A stretch of 64,000 nt of DNA from Alphaproteobacteria bacterium (GTDB lineage: Bacteria; Pseudomonadota; Alphaproteobacteria; UBA828), in contig CBDEFM010000001.1 in NCBI GenBank assembly GCA_965237415.1, positions 544,001 to 608,000 on the forward strand, written 5' to 3'. The position numbers and the translations under genes are program-made. This document shows positions 10,227 to 20,778 of the stretch, in pieces; the stretch's first letter is position 1; each line of letters starts with the position of its first letter. Below the pieces are notes generated by a model. It saw only the letters and a program-made list of their open reading frames with translations, ran no database searches and was not told where the DNA came from.

Positions 10227-11382
10227 CACCATACCTCCGTCGCGGCGGCTCGGCTGGCGGCCATTCTCGCCACGCTTTGCCAATGCCGCCAGCGCTGCGT
10301 TATCAGCACGATGAACCTTACGCTTCCCGAGGCCCTCACCCGGACCGGCGGGTGATCCGCTGCGACCAGCCGCGTAGCCTGCGGCCATGCCGGCGCCTCT
10401 CGGGCTACATCGCCCGCCGCTGCTACCACCCGGCCTTCGTCCCCCGGCTCGCGGCTGAAGACCTGGGGATATTCCGGGCGCCGGAACACGGCCCACGCGA
10501 CACGGCGCCGGGTGGCAATCCTCGTTTATGCTTGTTACGTCGAAATCGGCGATCGGCGCCGCGGTCGGCACGCCCAACCCGGCGGAATTCCTCGGTTGAT
10601 CGCTCTATTCGCAGAAACCGGCCAGGGTGTCCGTCTTCAATCCGCAAGCGGATTAAATCAAACCCACGTCCCAGCTTGACCTCGTTTGGGTTTACTGCGC
10701 ACGGGTTACCCCGTTCACGCATTCGCCATGCGTTTTTCTAAGCGCTTCTGCAAATTGCCTTGGGGCAATGTATCTGATTGCGGGGGCTCGCAACCCCCGA
10801 GACCGACATTCGATCGAAGTCCCGGTCTGATCCCGCGTAACCTTCTGAATTATCGCGGGTTCTTGTGCAACGGCATCATCTCATTTGCCGGGTAAGTCTG
10901 ATCTTACCGCGCTCTCCTGTGCCGATCCAGTCCCGCAGACACTCCGTCCCGCAGACACTCCGCCAGGCGACTCCTGCGCACATTTCTACATCCGCTTCTC
11001 ATCGATGTCCTCGCTCCTCGCGCGCGCATGCATGTACGGCAGACGGAAGCAACAAGAGCTCACGAAGGTCGGCCATCATGGCCCGCAACCGGCCGCGCCG
11101 GCCCGCCGCCGGGGACTTCATTGCAGCGCCTCGGCGTAGACGCTGAGCGGTCGCCGTTCGACCTCTACGGTCACCGGCAAGCGCCGCCGTTTGGGTTCCG
11201 GCGCCCAGATAGCCCGCCGCGCGAACCTCGTCGAACAGCCGCATCGCGGATCTTCCAGACAACCACTCGATCCCACAGCGAGCTTGGCTGACCGGCAGCG
11301 AAAGTGAGCTGACTATCGTGTTCGATGCAGTCCTTGTTCTCGTCCCGAAACGATTCTGCCCAGGAGCCAGCTATTGTGACCG

Positions 11383-11421
11383 TTGACAGCCGTAATTTAC
11401 TGTTGTAACTTACAGCTGTCA
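11383..11421 (+). promoter_or_regulatory. Sigma70-like promoter overlapped by a 38-bp imperfect palindrome (operator)
   Basis: TTGACA (11383) - 17 bp - TAACTT (11406); TGACAGCCGTAA (11384) and TTACAGCTGTCA (11410) are inverted repeats, 11/12. Confidence 0.7.
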
Positions 11422-11441
11422 TGATTAGGAAGCACCCGGCT

Positions 11442-13166
11442 ATGCCTCTCACAATCCCGGAGCTAGCTCGTGCCGTGCGCAAGACCGAGAACTATGTACG
11501 GCAGCATGTGTTCCGCAAGCACCTGGTTGTGCAGAAGGATGGACGCCACGTTACCGTCACGCATGATGAGGCACTGCGTTGGGCACGTGAGCGTCAGCTC
11601 CCCTTTGAACCCCCAGCGAAAGCATGGGAACCAACCCAGACGGCAAGGAGCCGGGCCGCTCGGATGAGCGTACTGACCCTGCATCACCCGGAAACGAAGC
11701 CGTGCAACCTCTTGACGGTCGTACGCCACCGTCGCCAGGACGCACTCGGTCCCTGGTCGAACGAGACGAGCAAGACCTGGACGAGCGAGGCTCTCGGACA
11801 TGGGCTGCGGCTGTCTTCACTCGATGCCCCTCTGGAACACTGCCGAGCACTGGTTGACGGCATTCTCGAATCTGCAACGCTCGAGATCGACGATGACCAA
11901 ATTCACTATGCCGTAGAACGAACCCCCCGGCATCGCCGCGCCTTTCGCGATGAGAGAGGGCTCGTCGACGCCTCCATGACCAGCCCGTTCTCACGCTACA
12001 GCGCGGAAGTTGTCGACTACTGGAGCCGTTCAGCCGAACCTCGCCGGCACTGGCTGAACCTGCTCGATTCCCTTCCCGGACCCACGCCCTTCCCCCTCTC
12101 TCGTCTGGGCGTTCCGCTTGACCGCCTCTCCGACCGCGTTGGAAACATCGTGATCGCCGGGGCCGAGGACGAAGTCGCCTGCGATCTGGCAGTGGGAAAC
12201 AGCCGGACGCTTAGACTCCATGTCGATGCCGAACCACTTCTACCAGGCGCCTATCGCGCCATGGTCTGGGCCAGTTACGCCGGAGACGAGGTGCTTCGAA
12301 AAGAAGTCACCGTTACACAGCGCCTGACGACGATTCAGCTCGAATCCGATGTTGATCACATTGGCTTCGCCATCTTCCGGACCGCTGACGGACAATGCCT
12401 CGACCTCATGGAGGCGCCCCTGTGGTTGCGCATCGGTGGCCGAATAAGGGTCAATTCCGCTTCGACCCTGCGGTTCAGTGATCGCCAAGGCCGCGTGTAC
12501 CACGAAGTGAATCCGCCTGGCCCCTTCACAGAGATCGACGTTTGTCTTGACGACGAACGCGGCGAACTTGACAAGGAAATCAGGCGACGATGGCTTGACC
12601 GGCGGGTTCGTGAACGAGAGGCTGCCGCGCGCAGGGAACGCAACTTGGCGCGCTTCCTGCCCCCTAACCTTGACGACGCGGTCGGCTACCTCGTCGAGCT
12701 TCTGCGCCACGACGCAGACCAAAAGACACCGATCTATCTCGCCGACCCCTATTTCGAGACGCAATTGCCGAGCGACGCCCGGAGACACCAGGACCTCAGA
12801 AAGATCTACCTCGACATATTCGCAGCCACCGCTGGCACCCCGCTGCGGATACTGTGCGCGAAGAAGAAGCCGGCGCAAGGCGAGCCACCGCCATGGTGGT
12901 CCGCCTGTCCCGAACAGATAACGGCCCATGTCCGTGTCCGCTCATTCCGCAGCCAAGACGGCAGAACAGACGGCTTTCACGATCGCTTCCTGATTACGCC
13001 CCGGCGCGAGTTCATCATCAGCCACTCGTTCAACGGCTGGCACAATCACGGCGTTACCTTCGTAAGCCTTCCTTACAATGTGTACCGCGCCGAAGCGGAG
13101 CAGCTCTGGTCGATGGACGTCGGATCCCCGACTGCCGACCTCCTGGTCTCCGAGATCGGACAATGA
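11442..13166 (+). CDS. N-terminal HTH + C-terminal PLD-like nuclease protein (VPA1262-like)
   Basis: LTIPELARAVRKTENYVRQHV (excisionase/MerR-like HTH); C-terminal IYLADPYF and FHDRFLI...ISHSFNG (HKD-variant motif). Start could be 11421. Confidence 0.65.
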   Translation: MPLTIPELARAVRKTENYVRQHVFRKHLVVQKDGRHVTVTHDEALRWARERQLPFEPPAKAWEPTQTARSRAARMSVLTLHHPETKPCNLLTVVRHRRQDALGPWSNETSKTWTSEALGHGLRLSSLDAPLEHCRALVDGILESATLEIDDDQIHYAVERTPRHRRAFRDERGLVDASMTSPFSRYSAEVVDYWSRSAEPRRHWLNLLDSLPGPTPFPLSRLGVPLDRLSDRVGNIVIAGAEDEVACDLAVGNSRTLRLHVDAEPLLPGAYRAMVWASYAGDEVLRKEVTVTQRLTTIQLESDVDHIGFAIFRTADGQCLDLMEAPLWLRIGGRIRVNSASTLRFSDRQGRVYHEVNPPGPFTEIDVCLDDERGELDKEIRRRWLDRRVREREAAARRERNLARFLPPNLDDAVGYLVELLRHDADQKTPIYLADPYFETQLPSDARRHQDLRKIYLDIFAATAGTPLRILCAKKKPAQGEPPPWWSACPEQITAHVRVRSFRSQDGRTDGFHDRFLITPRREFIISHSFNGWHNHGVTFVSLPYNVYRAEAEQLWSMDVGSPTADLLVSEIGQ

Positions 13167-15307
13167 CCACCGAAGCCGTGCAGCTGCCATCCCTGACCGA
13201 GGACGCCAGGGCCGTTGTCTGGCAGATCTTCAGCGACGGCGCATCACCGCTTACCCGGCGATCGCCTTACGATGCGATCGAGCCGGTCATCAGGAAGCGC
13301 CTATCTTCCACTGATGCAGCGCCGTCCATCGCCGCGATACGTGAGTGGTTCGACTCTTACGACGATCAACGCTGGCTCAAGTCCGACATGCGAGAAGCGG
13401 TTGCCCACATGATTCTCGAAGGTGTGGGGACCCCGTGCAAAGAGGCGGAGGTCTGGGCCGTCGGGTCGATCGATGCCGAGGTGGCAATTCCACTCGTACG
13501 CTCCGTCTGGTCTTGCGAGCAAATCGACTCCCTTGTGGAAGCCGCGCTCGATGCCCTGGAGCAGCTCTGCAATCGCGACAACGTGCTCGATGCGTCCCGT
13601 CTCGTGAGGTCCCATTCCACCCACTCCAGGATTGCGAGACAGGACATAGAACGCAAAGGGCGGCTGGAGACCTTCAGCCAACTCGAGAGCCATGGTCTGG
13701 ACCTGGTTCACCAAGCGCTGCACCCAGCGGCCGGCAATCTGCTCGCTCTCGTCGTCGACCTGCGACCCGAAAGGTTCGAATCGATGGTCGAGAGACTCGA
13801 CCATCCCGTGGTGCAGGCGCGTGCCGCCCACCACATGGTTGCCGCAACCCGCCTTTCAGATCACCGCACCACCCTCCGATGGATAGCCCATGGTTCGTGC
13901 GATGGCTTGATAGCGCTGGCGATCGTGAACACTCTGAACACCGTCAACAGGCTGGACAGCGATATCCGGCTTGCAGATCGCGCGGATCCCGATCGATACC
14001 CTCCAAGCACCAATCCCCGTCCCCACCACGGCGACCTCGATACTGCCGCCGCAAGCCTCCTCGAAGGCCTGGTCGACCGGCTGGCCGTACTCGATCCTCC
14101 CGCCTGTGCCCGCTGGATCGGCGAACTGCTCAGCGGTGCCACCTTCGTGCTGAACCGACACCACGACCACGAGATACCGCGCCGCGTCGCCCAACTCGAG
14201 AAGGCGTGCACCGACTTGTGTGTGCGCCTCTTTCGAACGTCATGGTCCGACAATCTGCTGCCCGAACTCATTGCCGGACTCAGTCATACGCCGCGCATGA
14301 GCTGGACCCGACACCTAGGCGAGATTGCCTGGGAGCTACGCGATTTAGAGCCCGTACAGGCAGCTGAGATTTCCAGAACCACGCTCGTTGAGCACGAGCG
14401 CCAGATCGCAGCGGAGTTGGAGCGCGGCCATGTATTCTTGGAGTGGCAAGATTGGGACCACCCTGAGTGGCTCACCTGCCTCGGCATTGCCCTTGCCATC
14501 TCCTGCAAGGATATCGACCTTGCGCATTGGGTCAGGACCCGGTGCCACGATTTGCCGTTAAGTGTCTGGGACGCAGAGGAGGATTACAGCGCATTCAGCT
14601 CCGCCGATCGCGTCGTCCAGCACCGGTTCCTCGTCGCCCTCCACGCGATTCCGATACTGAAGGAACTCGGACGCCCTGCCCATCCTGCTGCGGTCCTCGC
14701 TCTTGCAGAAACCCTCTGGGCCCACTGCAGTTTTGCTGCAAGCCGCCTCGACGGCGGTGCCGACGCGTCCATCGCGGCGGAGTACGCCGCTCGTTATGCC
14801 GTCGAACATGGTGCACCGTCCGACGCGTGGTTGTTGGACCGGGTACGCGATCCCCGGCTCCCGCCGCGATCCCTATGGGGGCTGATCGACCAGCGTAACA
14901 AGAAAAACAACCGCGCAGGGGGCAATGATGCTACCGACGACGATTTCGTCGTGGATGAGTTGGCGCGCATTGCCTCCGACCGTTTCGGCGATGGATCGGA
15001 ATTCAATCTCCAAGCCCTGCACTTCTGGGGTTTGCTATGGCTCCTTCTCGGCGCAACCGACGAGGCCGAAAAGACCGCCACGGCCATACTTGCTTTCCCG
15101 TTGAGACCGCACGAACGCGCCCACAAGATTCTGGCACTGAAATTGCTAGCTAGGGTGGCCAGATCAAGGAGTCTGCCCCCAACGCTGGCCGAATTTACCG
15201 CTTCCGTCTACAGACAACTCTGGCCGGGCTACACGCCCCACGAAGAGTGCTCGGACCGCCAGCACATCGACGAAATGCTGGAACAATCGATGTCCCGCAT
15301 TCTCTGA
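13163..15307 (+). CDS. Large, probably alpha-helical hypothetical protein, translationally coupled to the HTH-PLD gene
   Basis: ATGA overlap at 13163-13166; 714 aa rich in L/A/W/E with no catalytic motif recognised. Confidence 0.75.
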   Translation: MTTEAVQLPSLTEDARAVVWQIFSDGASPLTRRSPYDAIEPVIRKRLSSTDAAPSIAAIREWFDSYDDQRWLKSDMREAVAHMILEGVGTPCKEAEVWAVGSIDAEVAIPLVRSVWSCEQIDSLVEAALDALEQLCNRDNVLDASRLVRSHSTHSRIARQDIERKGRLETFSQLESHGLDLVHQALHPAAGNLLALVVDLRPERFESMVERLDHPVVQARAAHHMVAATRLSDHRTTLRWIAHGSCDGLIALAIVNTLNTVNRLDSDIRLADRADPDRYPPSTNPRPHHGDLDTAAASLLEGLVDRLAVLDPPACARWIGELLSGATFVLNRHHDHEIPRRVAQLEKACTDLCVRLFRTSWSDNLLPELIAGLSHTPRMSWTRHLGEIAWELRDLEPVQAAEISRTTLVEHERQIAAELERGHVFLEWQDWDHPEWLTCLGIALAISCKDIDLAHWVRTRCHDLPLSVWDAEEDYSAFSSADRVVQHRFLVALHAIPILKELGRPAHPAAVLALAETLWAHCSFAASRLDGGADASIAAEYAARYAVEHGAPSDAWLLDRVRDPRLPPRSLWGLIDQRNKKNNRAGGNDATDDDFVVDELARIASDRFGDGSEFNLQALHFWGLLWLLLGATDEAEKTATAILAFPLRPHERAHKILALKLLARVARSRSLPPTLAEFTASVYRQLWPGYTPHEECSDRQHIDEMLEQSMSRIL

Positions 15308-15419
15308 GTCAAACTCGCTGCAACCTCGAAGCTGAAAGACAATCAAGTTGGACGAGGCGGGTATCCGGTTTCGACCAACCTCGTCAGCTGCTCCGCAACC
15401 GGGCTATTCCACCCGCCGC

Positions 15420-15650
15420 CGCACGTCGCTCAAGCGAATTGAGATTTACGATCAAGTCCATGTGTTCTACGAAGCGCGATCGAACATCGCGCACGGAGAA
15501 AAGGGCAAGCGCAAGGGAAAAGGGGGAAAGAAGACAACGGACTTCAAGGAGGCCGGCGACTTGGGTTTGACGCTCGCAACCGATACGCTTCGTGCATTGC
15601 TGGAAAATGGCAAGTTTCCAAGTTGGAAGGAGCTAATTCTCTCGCCGTAG
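15420..15650 (+). pseudogene. HEPN-domain C-terminal remnant (ApeA-like)
   Basis: FYEARSNIAHG carries the RxxxxH HEPN motif; no credible 5' part. Confidence 0.55.
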
Positions 15651-15883
15651 AAAACAGATTGGAATGCTGCAAAGACCCGGTGGACGTGACAGGTTCGGCA
15701 ATGTCGGCTTGGCGACCAACGGCAGCGCTATCGCATCTATGTCTGCTAACTGACCGCTATCAAACAGCACAACGCCAACCCCATCCCCTTCGTCAGGACA
15801 GCCACCGACAGGGCAATCATCGAAAAAGTCACCCGTAGAAATCAAGCATTGGAATCTCGGCAGTCGCGACAGCAATTTCTTCG

Positions 15884-16801
15884 TCAACAGAACGGTTCCT
15901 CCAGAAGCTCAGATTGGCGCAATTCAAAAGCATATCCAAACTTTTCTATCGCGCCGGATACAACGTCGGGGAACCACAATGGTGCAAAGGGAGATATGGT
16001 CACATCGTTGATAAGAGCCATTAGGTCACAGGTCAGTGTTTTTCCTTTCACCGGATTTTCATATTCGTTTTGCAGTGTTACCCTAACCTCGCATTCATGG
16101 CTGAGCGATCGGCGTTTACAGAAAATGCGTTCATTTTGGATCGTCGCAAAAGAGTGTCGGAAATCCAAGTAATGGACCCGACCAACAACTGCACTGGCAT
16201 CTCGTGCGGTCGCCTCCCAAAGCTGGCCTACGGTCGTTCGGATCGCAACTCCCGGCGTTGGCGAAGGACAGTAGAGCCGCCAAAGAGCTTCAGACTCTAT
16301 GTCATTAGCATGCCAACAGCTGACTAGCAAACTCCGTGCGCGCGATGAACCAGCTTTAAGTTGCTCAAGCAGCTTATTGGCCTCGCTCTCGATCCTCTCT
16401 TCTGACCAGTCCGGCCGCGAGAACCCTGGAGGTGGCGTCACTACTATTTTACGGAAATAGCCGAGATAGAATTCATCCCAGTCTGGCTCTCGGCGTGCTA
16501 GTCCAATCGCACCCTCGAATTGATCTTCGAGTTCATGAACGCTCGGGAAATGAAGCCCTCCCTGCTGTAACATTGCGACAAACTTGGCGAATTCCATATA
16601 ACGCCAAACCGACTGATCGTCCTCGACTGATAAGTCTAATGTACCGGTCCAATATACCGGAGTTGCAAGCTCCCCGAGCTGATGGGCGCAGCAGGCACCG
16701 ACCAACAATGACCTGCCACCGGCCCCATATCCCGCAAAAGCAGGACGTCCGTTGGGGATCTTATGGTTGCAGGAAACGCACCGATTCCACTGTTGAGTCA
16801 T
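15884..16801 (-). CDS. DUF2971-like protein with N-terminal Cys cluster
   Basis: WRYMEFAKF, EDQFEG, VSCWH...ESEALWRLY, GVAIRTT, KRRSLSHECEVR; N-terminal CVSC...ACC. Confidence 0.7.
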   Translation of the reverse strand: MTQQWNRCVSCNHKIPNGRPAFAGYGAGGRSLLVGACCAHQLGELATPVYWTGTLDLSVEDDQSVWRYMEFAKFVAMLQQGGLHFPSVHELEDQFEGAIGLARREPDWDEFYLGYFRKIVVTPPPGFSRPDWSEERIESEANKLLEQLKAGSSRARSLLVSCWHANDIESEALWRLYCPSPTPGVAIRTTVGQLWEATARDASAVVGRVHYLDFRHSFATIQNERIFCKRRSLSHECEVRVTLQNEYENPVKGKTLTCDLMALINDVTISPFAPLWFPDVVSGAIEKFGYAFELRQSELLEEPFC

Positions 16802-16931
16802 CACACGGCGCAACCCGTGAGTGATATGACCAGTGGATTTCAGGCGGTCGAAGACTGCCTGATCTTCTGGCTGAATATCTATCTCAGAAATTGTTCAACC
16901 TCCTACAGCCGCTTGTATGACCAAATCCGCC

Positions 16932-17258
16932 TCAGCGGGGGCTTGCCCGGGGACGTGTTTTGTCGCGGCACAACCCGTCGACGCCGGCCTCAACGTAGCG
17001 CGCGCGCCAACGTCGAGTGGTCGGCTTGCTCACCCCCAAGCAACGCCGAATTTCATCCGTGTCGACGCCGTCGCCGGCCAAGGCCAATATCTGCGCCCGC
17101 CGGGCATGTTTCTGCGACGTATTGCCGTTGGAATTCAAGGCTCTCAGCCGCTCCCGATCCCCGGGAGCCAGCTGAATCCTCACCATCTTGCCCATACCCG
17201 CACACTCACATCAAATCCACCGGATCGGAATCTTTTGTTTCGGGCAACGGCGCGGACT
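16932..17258 (-). mobile_element. IS630-family remnant (left end + N-terminal HTH)
   Basis: QKHARRAQIL...GVSKPTTRRWRARYVEAGVDGLCRDKTRP; no DDE domain. Confidence 0.75.
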
Positions 17259-17275
17259 GATCTCCAGCATCGCAC

Positions 17276-18307
17276 TCAATCGCCTTGGTCTTCCCGCGCA
17301 TTTGCCCTGGCCTCGATGCCGGCGCAGTACTCCATCAGGCGTTCGAAGGGCTCGTCGATGTCGAGCAGCATGCCGTCGGCCAGCATTCTGCCGTAGTCGT
17401 CGGCCAGGACATCGAGGGCCGGGCCTGACGGGATCAGCTGTAGTCCTCCTCCGACCGCAATCTGGTAGTCGATTTCGTTGCCGGCAGCGTCCTTCTCCCG
17501 GAAGAAGATCGCCTTGTGGCGTGCGACCGAATGCGCGACCGCACGGTCGGCGAGAGCGCGGGCCGCAACGCCGGCATCGTCGAGCCTCGCCAGGTCGTGC
17601 CAGTGGCGGGACAGGCGCTCGCCGCGTTTCCTCTCCTGCCGGCAGAAGACGTGGATGGCGGTGGCCTTCTCCCAGAATGTCCGCTCGGCCAGCATGACGG
17701 ACGGCCGCGCCCGCGGAAACAGAAGGTCTGGCAGGAACGGGGCCGCGTCGCATTCGACGGGCCGGATTGCCCGGGGCTCGCCCGTCGAGCGCGCCCCGAA
17801 CTCCACCGTGACTTCCGGGCGCACGAAGGCGTAGTCGTCGAACAGCGGTTCATAGACGATGCGCAGGCGCTCCGAGTCCGCCTTTAGCCGCGGCTCGAAT
17901 CCGTCACGCCGAAGGTGCGCTTCGACCGACGGCGCGGCTTCGTCGAGGACCCACGCATCGAGACGGGCCCGGATCGCCTTGGTCCAGCGGCGCTCCTGGC
18001 TGCGCGTGGGCGGCAGCGCCTCGGCGCCGGCGTCTGCGACCAGGTCGGGGGCGAAGGCCCGGATGTCATAGGTGATGTCGACGTCTTCGGAGAAGCGGCG
18101 GATCGCGCGGTACGCCTTCGACAGCGAGGTTCCGCCCTTGAAGGCGAGGTCCTTGCCGAAGGGCGCCTCGAACAGGGCGTGGAGCGTTGCGACGACCCAG
18201 ATGTCCTTCTCGAGCAGGAACGCACGGTGCGGGCTGCCGGCTTCGGCAACGCGCAGGGCGTCGCGTCGGTCGCCAGCGGAGAGCGACCGATACGGTGTCT
18301 CAGCCAT
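17276..18307 (-). CDS. abiEii: AbiEii/AbiGii nucleotidyltransferase toxin (type IV TA)
   Basis: LLEKDIWV, FKGGTSLSKAY, RRFSEDVD, VEFGARS, ERTFWEK, SRHWHDL. Confidence 0.9.
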   Translation of the reverse strand: MAETPYRSLSAGDRRDALRVAEAGSPHRAFLLEKDIWVVATLHALFEAPFGKDLAFKGGTSLSKAYRAIRRFSEDVDITYDIRAFAPDLVADAGAEALPPTRSQERRWTKAIRARLDAWVLDEAAPSVEAHLRRDGFEPRLKADSERLRIVYEPLFDDYAFVRPEVTVEFGARSTGEPRAIRPVECDAAPFLPDLLFPRARPSVMLAERTFWEKATAIHVFCRQERKRGERLSRHWHDLARLDDAGVAARALADRAVAHSVARHKAIFFREKDAAGNEIDYQIAVGGGLQLIPSGPALDVLADDYGRMLADGMLLDIDEPFERLMEYCAGIEARANAREDQGD

Positions 18308-18896
18308 GGGCGAGGCGCGCGCTGACCGATTCAGCCATCCAGATGGGCATGATCGCCCGCGCGGCGGCGAGCTCGTCGACTTCGGCGCCGGAGAGCCCGG
18401 GCAGGAGCGCCTCGAGACCCTCCTCGACCTCATGCGGACCGAGCCAGGCGAGGGCGCGAATGACCTCGCCCGCCTTGCGGCGCGGCGCCGCCAGTTGCCA
18501 GCGGGGGGCGTGGCGCAGTTCGACCGTGACGCGCCCGAATTGCAGCCGCCGGCTGCGGCCCGAAGTGAGATAGACCTCGCGGACGGGGTTCTGGGCGGTC
18601 AGGCCCAGCCGGTTGGCCGCGGAGCCGCCGCAGGGAACGATGATCTCGCCCCAGAGCTCGGAGAGCGCTTCGAGCGCCTTGCCGATGCGCGGCGGACACG
18701 GACCGAAGCGGGTCTCGACGGGATGCATGTAGACACCCTGGCAGATGCGCATCAGCCGCCCGGCACGGGCGAGGCGCGCCAGCGCCTGGTCCACCGCCGC
18801 GCGCTTGCCCAGGTGAAGGAGGGCGGCTGGACAGATCGGCGTAGCCTCGGGCAGGCCCGAGGCGTGCTCCATGATGCGTTTCGGTAGGCTGGACAT
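18300..18896 (-). CDS. abiEi: AbiEi-like antitoxin (DUF6088-like)
   Basis: AAVDQALARLARAGRLMRICQGVY, GGSAANRLGLTAQNP, YLTSGRSR; overlaps the abiEii start. Confidence 0.85.
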   Translation of the reverse strand: MSSLPKRIMEHASGLPEATPICPAALLHLGKRAAVDQALARLARAGRLMRICQGVYMHPVETRFGPCPPRIGKALEALSELWGEIIVPCGGSAANRLGLTAQNPVREVYLTSGRSRRLQFGRVTVELRHAPRWQLAAPRRKAGEVIRALAWLGPHEVEEGLEALLPGLSGAEVDELAAARAIMPIWMAESVSARLAHG

Positions 18897-19109
18897 GGTC
18901 CTGTCCCGCAAATTATGTCAGAAATATAGGTGTGAAAGTGTCAGTCTGCAACGCCGGTTCGAGGTGAGGTTCTCCGAGATGAACACCGGCTACGGAGAGC
19001 CGGTCCCGCCACGGGCCCGGCGGGAGTTCCTGCGGCTGATCGACTGTGGGTACTGACCCTCTCGAATTGCCCGCCAACACGATCGCGACAGCGTGGTCCG
19101 GCGGCAAAT

Positions 19110-19427
19110 TCACGTAATCGACGTCAGACCGTTCTTCTCGACCAGTGTCAGCAGTTTCAGTGAGGCGCCGCGCGGGCGCTTCTCGCCGCACTCCCACTGG
19201 CTCACCAGACCCGTGGTCACGTTCAGGTAGCGGGCGAACACCGCTTGGCTCGCATGCTCCCGCAGCCGGATCTCACGGATCCGCTCCGGCGCCATGTCCT
19301 CGATCGGAGTCAGACACATCTCGCCGAAGACCTTCATGGTCCGCTTCGACATCACGCCCGCCTCCGTCATGCCGAGCGCCGCCTCATACGCGGCCGCCAG
19401 GGCCTCACTTCTGTATTGCTTCGGCAT
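19110..19427 (-). CDS. XRE-family HTH antitoxin (HigA-like), toxin missing
   Basis: IREIRLREHASQAVFARYLNVTTGLVSQWECGEKRPRGASLKLL. Confidence 0.85.
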   Translation of the reverse strand: MPKQYRSEALAAAYEAALGMTEAGVMSKRTMKVFGEMCLTPIEDMAPERIREIRLREHASQAVFARYLNVTTGLVSQWECGEKRPRGASLKLLTLVEKNGLTSIT

Positions 19428-19579
19428 CGCAGTTCACCTCGCCGATCGTGCCCTTCGCCGGCATCGCTTCCAGAGCTGCCGGCCCGCCACCGGTCCCGCC
19501 GGGCGATGTGCCCGTTCGAGGCGACGGCCCGGAAAGGACCGGGACCTCGGCGCGTCGCGGTCATCGTTCGAGCCTATCG

Positions 19580-19705
19580 CAGTCCATTCGTACGCGCTAT
19601 CCAGGTCGCGTTCGATGCTGTCGCCGATGTGCGCCGCGAACCCCTCCACGGGATCGCGGGCGAGATGGGCGCAGCGAGCGGTGGTTTGGGCCTGGCGTGG
19701 TCCGG
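19580..19705 (-). pseudogene. Tyrosine integrase extreme C-terminal fragment (inverted)
   Basis: Minus strand reads RQAQTTARCAHLARDPVEGFAAHIGDSIERDL, matching QTTARYAHLARD of the other fragments. Confidence 0.7.
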
Positions 19706-19839
19706 TTCCCGGCTACCCCAGAGCGTGGTATCCGGATGGCATAGCGACCTGCGAAGCTCTGCGGCCGACATGATTCTTGAGTGATGACCGATACCCGGAC
19801 ATCATCCTGCCTTCAGCATAGCCACCAGTTCGGACAAGC

Positions 19840-20778
19840 ATGTCGGGCACCGCCGATCCTCTCGCCAACGATACCCGGATGCGTCTCCGAGCCTTGGAGC
19901 ACGTCCAAAGGCTCACCGAGATCCACGGACCGTTGACGGCCAAACTGCTGAGCGCGGGCTTCGACTCCGACGGTGCGCGCATCCCCCTCGTCAACCCGCA
20001 GCGCGGCATCTTCAAACCGCGCCAGATGCGTTTCCTCCTCTCGATCAAGACCGTCGTGCCGAAACGCGGCGGCAAGGTGTGGTACGACGACCAGCGTGAA
20101 GCCCATCGGCAGATCTACCAGGGCAAGGAAACTGTCGATTACGCCTTCATGGGCACAAACCCGGAAGCCGCCGACAACCAATGGCTGCGCGAGGCCCACG
20201 AACACCAGGTTCCCGTCATCTATTTTCTCGGCGTCACACCGGGCAGATATCAGGCTTTGGTCCCGACCTTTATTTCCGGATGGGATCCGTCCTCGCTCAA
20301 AGCGACCATTTCGTTCGGCCTGCCCGAACGCGACGACCTCTCGATACCGCCGCAGGCGGCGGAGCGCCGCTACGCCCTGCGGGTCGTGAAACAGCGTCTC
20401 CATCAGGATTCGTTCCGCGAAGCGGTCATCACCGCCTATAGGGGTCGCTGCGCCCTGTCGGGACTGCGTGAGCATCGCCTGCTCGATGCGGCGCACATCA
20501 TTTCTGACAAGGACGAACTGCTGGGCCAGCCGGTCGTGCCGAACGGACTCCCGCTATCGAAGATCCACCACGCCGCGTTCGACGCCGATCTGATCGGCAT
20601 CGATCCGGATTACGGCGTGCACGTTTCCGAGCGTCTTCTTGAGCAGCGCGATGGTCCGATGCTGGACGCCCTGAAACAGCTCCAAGGTGGCGCACTGCAT
20701 CTACCCGTTCGGATTGGCGACCGCCCAGACCGCGAGCGCCTGGCGAGGCGCTTCGACCGCTTCAAGGCTGCGGCCTGA
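19840..20778 (+). CDS. HNH endonuclease, putative modification-dependent restriction enzyme
   Basis: RLHQDSFREAVITAYRGRCALSG...LDAAHI...NGLPLSKIHHAAFD; N-terminal GIFKP...YDD...DNQWLREA (SRA/PUA-like, inferred). Confidence 0.85.
   Translation: MSGTADPLANDTRMRLRALEHVQRLTEIHGPLTAKLLSAGFDSDGARIPLVNPQRGIFKPRQMRFLLSIKTVVPKRGGKVWYDDQREAHRQIYQGKETVDYAFMGTNPEAADNQWLREAHEHQVPVIYFLGVTPGRYQALVPTFISGWDPSSLKATISFGLPERDDLSIPPQAAERRYALRVVKQRLHQDSFREAVITAYRGRCALSGLREHRLLDAAHIISDKDELLGQPVVPNGLPLSKIHHAAFDADLIGIDPDYGVHVSERLLEQRDGPMLDALKQLQGGALHLPVRIGDRPDRERLARRFDRFKAAA

Noticed and set aside
10830-10872. Additional att-like junction (TTCTTGTGCAAC as at 9403)
   Set aside because: 12-bp match without HDLRH codons or the downstream motif; may be chance.
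10930-10961. Perfect 16-bp tandem duplication GTCCCGCAGACACTCC
   Set aside because: Only two copies in decayed intergenic DNA; probably slippage.
11000-11270. IS21 IstA remnant (RLFDEVRAAGY on the minus strand)
   Set aside because: Too short and degenerate to delimit confidently.
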